A stretch of DNA of 62,773 nucleotides, filler included, from Globobulimina sp. (lineage: Eukaryota), in NCBI GenBank assembly GCA_003354225.1. It is 19 parts of 19 records of this genome, joined end to end, with 100 filler letters (N's around TTAATTAATTAA, not from the genome) between each part and the next. Parts side by side here need not be neighbours in the genome. Positions count along the whole stretch, not along the records: positions 1 to 3,212 come from PIVH01003405.1; positions 3,313 to 6,524 come from PIVH01003406.1; positions 6,625 to 9,836 come from PIVH01003407.1; positions 9,937 to 13,147 come from PIVH01003408.1; 15 more parts are not named here. One strand, given 5' to 3'. Both the position numbers and the translations under genes were made by a program. The notes under the pieces are model-generated. The model did no database searches and was not told the DNA's origin. It saw nothing but the letters and a program-made list of their open reading frames with translations. How positions within the stretch are numbered: the first letter of the stretch is position 1; every line of letters begins with the position of its first letter. Shown piece after piece: positions 1-10,059 of this stretch.

Positions 1-23
1 CTCTCTCTCTCTCTCTCTCTCTC
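1..23 (+). repeat. (CT)n microsatellite at contig edge
   Basis: Directly visible CT dinucleotide run. Confidence 0.9.
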
Positions 24-374
24 GTAGTACAATATTCCATATTTTGCATGATATCTTTGTATGTTATTTGAAATTATGGTATACACAAAAGGCCACGAAA
101 CGAGGGATTTAGGGTTCAATTAAACAATCAAAAAAAGAAAAAGAAAAATATTAAGATGGATCCAACAATGTGCGGAATTAGCTCCTTTGAGATGAGATGG
201 ACGACGACGGCTTTTTTTCTGCGCTGATCGGCAAAATGGTTTTTGGTCAACATTCTTCACAACTTAAGAATCAATCCGTTGACGATCTCCTGCGGTAAGT
301 GGTCGTTTTGGAACCATTGGCCCAACGCCTGTAAGAAGACGTTGCTGTCGCCCAACTTATCGGAAAAAAAAAGC

Positions 375-2390
375 TTAAACAGTTTGAACAAGGCCAAGTG
401 CAATGGTTTGGCCATCTCTTCGTATTGTAATTCTTGACAACTCTTTTAAATTTTGATACGTGTCCAATAAAATAATATCATTTTTATTTTTTAATTTCAC
501 AGTAACAATGGCACATTGATCCGCTTTGATGTGTCGGATATGTTTATGTTTCATTCTATTCTCGATCTGTCCACTTTTCTTATTCAAAATATTATCTATC
601 TTCGAAATATACGCTTCCTTCTCCACCGATTGGGTATGAATAATAATATGATGTCCTTTGCAAATCGGGATTTTTAAGTTTTTCATCGTCACAATTTTGC
701 AAACAAACTTATTGATTAATTTTAGCGGCTCATGCGGCGATGTAATAATGTCACCGACTTTGATTTGATCGAATATCTCGTCGTTGGAATCGCGATGAAT
801 GTCCAATAACAACTGAATATTGTCCCCTTTTATGGCAATGGCATGCTTATATTTCTGCGAATGGTTTTCGATCGAGATCAAATTCTTTATTTTGGTCACT
901 AAGTTCAAGGGCTGAAGCAATATCTGTTGGAAGTTAATGACGCAGCCACTGACTATCTTGCCGCTCACTACAATGCCAACATTCAGCTCCTTGTAAATAT
1001 CGGTGATGGACATACGCAATTTCCCCGACAGCGAATCTCCGAATATCGACGAGGAGCTACGCAGCGAATCAATCACCTCAAACAGCGACAGATTTGTCAG
1101 ATACGTATCATGTTCGTCCTGCTTTTTCCACCATTTTATAACATCATTATCCTTCTCAGCATCAACAATTTGAACGTCGCAGCTCATCAAATTGGCGCCG
1201 GTCAGCCCAGAAACTGGAATAAATATCACATTCCTTTTCTTTTTCTTGTTTGCAAAGCCAATCTCTTTTAAAAACGCTTTGATTTGAACCACAATCATCT
1301 CAAATCTGCGTTTGTCCCATCCACAGCAATCCATTTTGTTCACTGCCACAATGATCTGCTGCACGCCCAACGACTTTGCAATCAGTGCATGTTCGCGGGT
1401 TTGCCCATTGTTTACATCAAAGCCTGTCTCGAAATCGCCTTTTTTGCTGTTAATCACTAAAATCGCAGCATCTGCCTGACTCGCTCCAGAAATCTATAAT
1501 CATTTATTAATAACATATGTAAAGCAAATAGTATAAAGCAATGAGAGCATACCATGTTTGGTATAAAGTCTTTGTGTCCGGGGCTGTCCAACAAAGTGAT
1601 GCATCGATGTTGCGTCTCGAAATAATGGGTGCTGACATCGACAGTGATACCACGCTTTCTTTCCTCTCGGTGGCAGTCTAAGACCCAGGCGAAGGCAAAG
1701 GAGCTCTTCCCAGACTCTGCCGATTGATGCTTGTATTTATGCATTGTTTTGTTAGTAACAATGCCATATTCATACAATAAGCGACCCATTAAAGTGGATT
1801 TACCCGCATCGACGTGACCAATCACCACCAGGTTTATATGCGGCTTTACCTCTGAAAAATGCTTCTTTTTCTTCTTTTTTTTGGCTTTTTTATCGCCGTC
1901 CTTATCATGGTCGACACCCAAATCAATATCGGCTAAGTCTGTGAGGCCAAAGCGAGATTTTATGAGTTCTTCTTTCTGGATTTCGCGCCGTTTGTAGGTC
2001 TGCTCCGATTCAATGCGACAGCCAATAAATTGACGATGGATAATGTTGCTGTCGGACTGTGTTTTTTTCTTTTTTTTTTTCTTGGGTTTATGTGCTTTTT
2101 TAACTGTGGTAGAAATGTATGGATTGGGCTCAATTTTCAGTTCCAATTCTTCTTCGTTTGACTCATTTGCTACGTATACATTTTCATCTTTTTTGACTGG
2201 CTTTTTTGTGTCAAAATGTGTATCGTTGGCATCGCCAAATAATGAGGGTCTGTCAAGAAAAGAAGTGGCTGCATTGGCTGTGTTGTCACTGTTATTGTTA
2301 TTGCTGAATGTGTCGAATATCGATGGTCTGTTGGCTATGTCGGCGGATTTATGGTTGTTTGTAGGTGGTGCGTTTTGTCCATATGTTTTT
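375..2390 (-). CDS. HBS1: HBS1-like translational GTPase (eEF1A/eRF3/Hbs1 family); 5' end unresolved
   Basis: G1 [28 protein letters not shown] and SGLTG motifs. Removing intron 1494-1552 restores [30 protein letters not shown] and [15 protein letters not shown] favour Hbs1. The frame stays open upstream to about 2390 without an ATG. Confidence 0.85.
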
Positions 2391-2547
2391 GATCATAAAT
2401 TGCCTTGCCACAGCACCTTAAAATAACCTTATTATTGAAACTACATTATTTTAAATCAAACTTTTTTAACATTTTATTTATAACCTATTTTCCTTCCGTA
2501 AATTAGTATGTTTATTTTTGCATATTGCCAATTAATTCAAAAAGAAT

Positions 2548-3212
2548 ACTATAAAACAATGAGAATAATGAATAATATCCATTCAAATACCAGCCAAAAA
2601 CAAATTGGAAAAGAATAATCAAGTTGTTTTTGCTGCGTTTGATGGGATTGGCGAACAGCTCGCATAACTTTTAGCAATTTCTGTTTTGGCAATAAAAAAA
2701 GAAAAAAAAAAGTTAATTAATTAATGAGATGGATCCAACAATATTATAAAATAAATCTTCTTTTTTGCTTTCTTGAGTCACAAATGTAAGCAAATTATGT
2801 GTCGCATCTCGTGATTCATGGTCAAGAAAATGTAGCTCGCATAAATTTTAGCAATTTGAGTTTCGGCAATAAAAAAAAAAAGATGAGAAATGAAAATGAC
2901 AATTAAACAATCAAACAATCCAAAAAAAAAAAGAAAAAGAAAAAATTAATCATTCATTTATGCTTTCTTGAGTCACAAATGTCCGCAAAGTCTGTGTAGC
3001 ACAAATTTTAGCAATTGCAGTGTCGGCAATCAAAAAAGATTAAAAGAAAAATAAAATATTAATGAGAGGGATCCAATAATATTATAAAACAATGAGAATA
3101 ATGTAAGCAAAATTAAGTATGTGTCGCATCTGGTGATTCATGGTCAAGTTACAAAACAAAACAAAGGCAGCTCGAATAAATTTTTAGCTCGCATAAACAA
3201 TCAAAAAAAGAA
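2548..3212. repeat. Modular dispersed repeat block
   Basis: Recurring modules: TATAAAACAATGAGAATAATG (x2), GCTTTCTTGAGTCACAAATGT (x2), TATGTGTCGCATCTSGTGATTCATGGTCAAG (x2), GCTCGCATAA (x3) and GGATCCAAYAAT. Related modules also occur at about 120-170. Confidence 0.75.
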
Positions 3213-3312
3213 NNNNNNNNNNNNNNNNNNNNNNNNNNNNNNNNNNNNNNNNNNNNTTAATTAATTAANNNNNNNNNNNNNNNNNNNNNNNNNNNNNNNN
3301 NNNNNNNNNNNN
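3213..3312. other. Artificial contig spacer (first of 18)
   Basis: N44-TTAATTAATTAA-N44, with stops in all six frames. Copies start at 3213, 6525, 9837, 13148, 16459, 19770, 23080, 26390, 29699, 33008, 36317, 39626, 42934, 46242, 49550, 52856, 56162 and 59468. Contig lengths between them never increase, running from 3212 to 3206 bp. Confidence 0.98.
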
Positions 3313-4505
3313 GTTTTACTCCCAATCACTGCTTTATTATTATACAATTTTATAGTTTCTAAGCAAGAATTCAATGCAACGAATTGCGCCAACTTAGTTA
3401 CGCCAACATTGCCAATTTTATTCGATTCCATCCACATTTCTTTTGTATGGAAATATTGCTCATTTTCAATCAATACATCAATAAACAATGCAAACAGTTT
3501 ATCGTCGAGGCCAATATTTGTTATTTTCACCTTTTCAATGTTTGCGACATTCTCTTTATTCTGTGACACCAAACAATGTGCTAATAAAAATATAAATTGT
3601 TTTCTTTGATCATTGGTCAAACGACGCAATGTTGAATTATTTGTCATATTCAATGTATACATATCTTTTTTTAATCTTTTATCATACTCAAATTGTAAGA
3701 CGCCCATCGAATTAATAACAGCCATTGCATCTTTTTGTGTTGCTTGATTTAATAATTCCGATATCGTTTTTTTGTTACTTTCTTCATCAATTTTAATGCC
3801 ATTCGCCTGTTCATATTCTACCCGTTTCATTAATAATTCCTTTGCTTTTTCGCGTTTTATAGCATCCATTTGAATGATTTCTTGTTTGCCGTCTTCCTCT
3901 TTGATTGTTAACAATTCTTTTTTTAATCTTTCAATTTCATCGTTTGCATTGTTTATGATTTCATCTTTTGTGCGAATTATATTTAAATATTTATCATTCT
4001 CTTGTTTCAATTTCGTGATAGGAGCACAGTTTGTGTTTGGCCAAGAAAGTGTTTCTTTCATTTCTGCCAATTCTTCGTTGTCAAATGAGGCAATCAAATC
4101 ATCTGTTTCTTCATTGATATCATACGATGCTGTTTCTTTTAGTGATAAATTCTTTGAATTTTTGGAATCTCTCATATTGTCATATATTTGTTTGAATTTT
4201 TCAACGGTTTTCAGCCATTGTTTACTGAGATTATTGTCTTCACTCTGTTTAATGTATACAGCCAATAAATTATTCAAAACAATTTGGGACACATTGCCGT
4301 TTAACACATTTGCTATTTTATCCATGTCATTTCTTTTAGATTTCAATTCATTTTGTAATGATTTCAATTCATCGTTGGTCGCTTTGCTAATTATTCTGCC
4401 AATCATATCCATTTTGCCTCCTTCGGCTGGCAATTTCAGCGACTTACACTTTTTTGTAATGCTATTGATACTTAATTTCAATAACTCACTTGTCCTATTT
4501 TCCAT
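3313..4505 (-). CDS. SAP domain, coiled coil and tropomodulin-like RNI LRR protein (3' truncated)
   Basis: N-terminal LLKLSINSITKKCKSLKLPAEGGKMDMIGRI fits the SAP pattern. C-terminal EMWMESNKIGNVGVTKLAQFVALNSCLETIKLYNNKAVIGSK resembles RNI-type or tropomodulin LRRs. Confidence 0.6.
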
Positions 4506-4620
4506 TTCGGAGTGAAAACCCTAGTTCAAACTAAAAAAATACAGTATATTAATATTGGAAACTTTCAGAAACGAAACACGTACACAACATATAAATATAA
4601 ACTGCGCAATTATACTCTCG

Positions 4621-6387
4621 TTATATTTTGCCAACACCACTATGCATCCTTTGCATTTTCTCAAACACACTATTTTCTTGTTTTGCTGATTGTCTTTTAT
4701 CCTTCAATTCCTCCTTACTCATTTTTATCTGCTCCTTCCCTTCGACATCGGCCACTAACTGCAGCAAAATGCATACAAACATAATCACAAATATAACGCC
4801 GTTATTCACAGACAACGCAAACAACGGCGTCACAATCATGATGAGCAACAAAATAATTCGAAATATCCATACTTTGACATGCACATTGTATGGATGTGCA
4901 ATCCGTATCACATTCAATGAAATAATAATAATAACCAAGGCGTAGCCAGGTAATACCACGTCAATATATCGACGTTTTGTGTCTAATAAATGTTTGCCCG
5001 ATATTTTGATCCCCATTCCAAAGCCTAACAAACCAAAAAACAACAATTGATGCGCATGCATATACAATCTAGCTCGGAACGGACTTATTCTATAAATAAT
5101 TAATAACAATAAAAGTCAAACCAGTATTTATAGAATATATAATACATAGTACCTCAATGCATGATTGCCATCGCCATTCATTATGGATTCCTCATTTGGC
5201 TGGCAATCAAAATACAACCTAGCAATACAAAACGACAAAACAAAGGTCAACAACACAAAGGCCACCACTAACTGAGATGGTGCCGACGAACCCAGATTGG
5301 TGCCCATGACAGAGATAATTGACTCGCCCAAAATTATCATTATAAACAGGCCGTACCTTTCAGAGATATGCGGCACATTGATTGGGATTTGAGTCTTGAC
5401 ATGAAACTGCGACACGGGGCAATAAAATGAAAGTGCAAAGCATAAATGTTCCGCAATATTCTCAAATAAAAAGAAGGCCGAATAAATGCTGAAGTAATGA
5501 ATCGAGCATTTGCCGCGAACCAGACTCACGATGGGGAATATCACAGCAATTATGATCACTGATTGAGTAATATGCCAAACCGCATGCCATTTGCCTCTGG
5601 GAATTAGCAAAACTTTCAAAAACATCAAAATAGTCACCATATGCAGCCACTGATAGGAGATCAGAAATGCCCGCTCATACGACTCGTCATCCTGAATAGT
5701 TATCATTTTTTTATAACAGCAATTGTGATTAAGTGTTTTTGTAAAATTACAATGCGCTCACACTAAATAAGCATAAAAACACGTAACTCGAATAAAGATA
5801 CCCATCGCCAATATGGATAACATGAATAACAATCTTAGGCCGTCATCAATGTACTGATTGAATACGAAATGCGTGATATACATTAGTTGTTTTATCCAGG
5901 CATTGGTCAACAAGCCGAACTGCGCAAAACCAGTCAGTAAGAATGAATATTTCCATTCATGCTCGCACGCGGAGCTGCTGGCTAAACGTCTGTGGGCCGC
6001 ATCGCTGGCAATGGACTCTGAAACCTCTGCTGATAGCTGTACGATGCAGGCCACATAGATCAAATCAAAAAATAATTCTACCCAATGGGCGCGCAACTCG
6101 TCAATGCCATCCTCGACATTAAACGTGTCCCAATCCTGCCGTACATAGCCTCGAAATAAGCCACACCATTTCTTTGGGTCGATGCGATAGTGTGCTTTGC
6201 TCTGTAATGCGGTGGATGGCGTATAAGTGCTGCGGGTCTGCACAATTTCTGTTGGTTGTTGGACAGCATTATCACAGCTGGGAGAGGAAGAAGCGGCGGG
6301 ATGGGCAATATCCTCTGAAAATTGTATTGCGTTACTGAGATTGTCAACTGTCTGTTCAGTATTTGCTATTGCGGTGAATTCTGTCAT
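4621..6387 (-). CDS. Low temperature requirement A (LtrA)-family membrane protein, 3 exons
   Basis: Motifs WVELFFDLIYV and HISERYGLFIMIILGES, with multiple TM helices. Introns 5692-5787 and 5090-5152 join the three ORFs in frame. Confidence 0.8.
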
Positions 6388-6624
6388 GGCAGAACTGTGA
6401 AGTAAAGACTAGCGCCTAAATGAGGCAACTGTAAATAACATGCCATCAAAAACTTACTTGCAACGCATGCCGGATTCTTCGGATTCCTTGACCATGACTC
6501 CAAACTAAACTAAACTAAACAAACNNNNNNNNNNNNNNNNNNNNNNNNNNNNNNNNNNNNNNNNNNNNTTAATTAATTAANNNNNNNNNNNNNNNNNNNN
6601 NNNNNNNNNNNNNNNNNNNNNNNN

Positions 6625-7351
6625 TGCATTTCTTATATTTCTCCTTCTTTAATAATGAGCGTAACCATTGGTCCGTTTCTACAAAAAACAAAATACTCTC
6701 TAAACTGAACTCCTTTGTTAAATATCTGATTAATGCGTTCAATCCGTGTTTGTCGCATAAAACATCTGACAGTGTGCATTGACTCTGTTGCTGGCTTTGT
6801 ACACTATCGAGTGTCGGTACATATTTATATTTGTGAGCCATGCATGGATTGGTTGGCAACTTAAATACTTTCAAGACATAACCATTTATGATGTAAACAT
6901 ACAGCAATGCGTAGAGAGCAGAGATAAGAGGCAATATTAAATAAGGAATGCTATGTTGTTTAATGGGGAAAAGAAAAACAATCATACCATACAATAAAAA
7001 GGCAACCAATTCAAATCTTAAAATCCATAGAGATTCCTTTGCCAAATACCAGACATCATTAAATTTGGGGAATTTCAAATAAACAATAATGTCAATCATG
7101 GTCGGTATAAAAGTACATAACAAAATTGTTATTCTGCCCATTGTGGTTGGTTTGCCATTATTTAATAACATTGAAATAGTTTCAATTATTAACCAAAATA
7201 ACCAGTTCGTGAATAAGAGTGCCGATATTTTCTTGGAGGAACCATAGGTTTTTCTGTGTTTTAGAAACCAATTTGTTTCGTTTGGGTCAATGTGTAATCG
7301 CCATTGTTTGTCGGTTAATGCTTTCACGAATTTAATGTCGTAATAAACCAT
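6625..7351 (-). CDS. Multi-pass TM protein with C-terminal RGS domain (7TM-RGS-like), partial
   Basis: Several hydrophobic helices followed by LSDVLCDKHGLNALIRYLTKEFSLESILFFVE, typical of the start of an RGS domain. Upstream helices are missing and the 3' end is cut by the spacer. Confidence 0.7.
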
Positions 7352-7519
7352 ATATGTGCGGTATGTAAATAGGTGATATACGGCAAGAGTCGTAAACCAT
7401 GACAGTTAAAAAACCCCTCACTGTAATCTTTTTCATGATGATTAAAAACTAAATCTCAAGCAACAATTAAAACAAAATAACTAAAAATACGTCACAAATA
7501 TCAATCAACATCAGACTTA

Positions 7520-9787
7520 TTATTTACCTCTCGGCGCAAATAAAATCCAACACAATTTCTCAGAAGTCCGCTTACAAAGTTCCACAGATTCCAACACCAT
7601 TTTTGATTGTAACACCTTTCTATATTTCATCTCATTCTCTGTCCGCTTTGCCAACTCTTCAGACTCTCTTCTTTTCCTTTCTGCCTCCAAAATAGCCAAC
7701 TCCTCCACAGATAGTTCGACCACAGGTTCCGGCGACGGCGCTCTCTGTGTATCCCCATCCGAACTGTCCTCATATTCCTCTTCTTCATCTTCCTTCGCTT
7801 CCGGTTTATCCTAAATATATTCCCATCGATCATTCACATTCCACGCACATCAAAATAATACAAACGAATGTGATACCGGAATGGCACTATAATCCACTCC
7901 ATGATTAACATAATAATTACCATCTTTATCAACCGTCGGTGTCCTGTCATCGATGCCATATATCGGCGAATCTGTGACTTGCTTCAACTGAATTTTCGTA
8001 AATTGAGTGTTTGCTTTTTTGTTTGCTTTTTCTTGCCTTCTTCTCGTTTCTTCTTTCATTTGTTGCCTTTTCTGTGCTTCTTCCGTCTGTTTTCGTTTTT
8101 GAATCAGGCCCTTTTCCTTTTCTTTTATCTTAGCCACATATTCGCGTTCTTCCTGCAAAGCTTTTTTGAACGCTTCCTCTGAGAATAACGCATCGCCGCC
8201 ATCCACAATCACCGTATTCTTCACCCTCAAAATCCACTCATTGATGGTCACTTTTTCTTTGCTCTCCACAGTCAATGACAACGTCCACGGTTTCAATAAT
8301 TTTTGCATCTCTCCATTGTAACTCACATGCTTCATTCTCTTATTTCCCTTTTTATATTCATGCGACATCGAATCCGGTGTCCTGCAAACAAATGTTTTCA
8401 GTTTCAAACCATATCCATAAATATATAAAAAAACATATACCACAGAAAATAGACCCAATGACTTCTCCGAAACCTTCCGGAACCAAACGACATTCGCATC
8501 AATCCGTACTGAACCTGGTCATCTTTCAGTTCCTCCCTCAGCACATTCAACGAGCCGTGCCCCCATTTCATAGGTTTTATCTCTTTCTGTGACGGTTTGA
8601 ATAACCCCCAATTCACCGGCGACATTTCAGAGTGAATCGCGGCCAAAACCCGCTGTGCCGTCCACGGCTTATTATCGCTCCAATCATCCTTTTTTTTCCT
8701 GCCTTTCCTACGTTTTTTTTTCTTCAAATCTCGGTTATCTGCATTCGGATTTTCTTGCAATTCTGCTTCTAATCTTTTTCTTTCTTGCTCCAATCTCTCT
8801 TTTTCTTCCCTTTCATGTCGCACATTTCTCTCTTTTTCGGCTTTTCGCTTTTTCTCCGCTTCCATTTCCTTTCTTTTTCTCGCCGTTTCCTGTTTTAATT
8901 GAAGTAATTTCCTCTGCTCTTCTTCCAATGCTTTTGCTTTGGCCTCGCGTTCCAATCTCAATTTTTCTTGAATTAATCGCATCCTTTCTTCCTTTGCATC
9001 GACCGTTGCCTGTTCCATTTGCAATTTATAATTGACTTTCAACTGAATATATACACATAAAATGGCATAAAACCAGAATATGGAAACGTTTCTGTCCATA
9101 TTTTAACTTTACATACAGTGTTTAAATCAGTTTGCTGTCCTTTCCCTTTGTACGCAATGCTGTCGCCTTCAAACACTCGTTTTAACTCAGAAAAGACCCA
9201 TTCGACTGTACATATTGCCCCATTGGGTATAATTAGCGGTGCGTGGGTGTGGCCGATCAGCTTTTTAGCTGCACTCAATTTATTGTTTGCCTTTGCTCGT
9301 TGCAATGGTTTCATTTCTTTGGTGTGTATAATGTGTACAGTTAGTTATAAATAATAGGAATGTGAGAAAATGTGAATATTTAACTGTCGCCTTGGAAGTG
9401 GATGAATATATTTTTATGCCTCGCAAAGGTTCCTTGGCCAATTTGTATTTGCAATAAACCAAAAAACACATTGTTATCATCCAATACTTTGGCCATTTCA
9501 TCAATGCCGGCGATGCCACGTCCAATAATTTGAAACGGTGCGAATGCCATAATCTCTTCGTTTGTGTAAGCTTTCATTTCATTTTCTAAGGTATGTTGGA
9601 ACTGTTGCCCTGCAAATGAGATGGGAATGGATGCCATGCGGTTTTGCAGTTTGATGACGTTTCCATCGTTTCCGGTGGCAAAGAATTTCATTTCTGACTC
9701 TTGATCCAACTCATTGTCATTTATTTCTTTCTCTTCGTCAAATGAGGGCAAGGTTTGGTGTTCCATGCTCTTCACTCTGTGCAACAA
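7520..9787 (-). CDS. Multi-exon protein with two ADF-H (coactosin/drebrin-like) domains and charged coiled coils
   Basis: Domain 1: GIAGIDEMAKVLDDNNVFFGLLQI...KNIFIHFQGD|KMKPLQRAK (intron 9317-9384). Domain 2: GHGSLNVLREELKDDQVQYGLMRM...HWVYFLW|TPD. Further GT-AG introns near 9044-9115, 8382-8440 and 7811-7876. Start and final exon are uncertain. Confidence 0.7.
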
Positions 9788-10059
9788 AAACTTTCAAGGT
9801 TTAAATTAAACAACCAATCATAAAAAATATGTGCAANNNNNNNNNNNNNNNNNNNNNNNNNNNNNNNNNNNNNNNNNNNNTTAATTAATTAANNNNNNNN
9901 NNNNNNNNNNNNNNNNNNNNNNNNNNNNNNNNNNNNATGATGATGAATATGATGAATATGACCAATATGCACAAATTGAAGGTAGCTATGATAAGCATGC
10001 CGTTGCTCCAAATCTTAAAGACACTGCTAAATAATAATTGTGATTTTTGTAAATATTTA

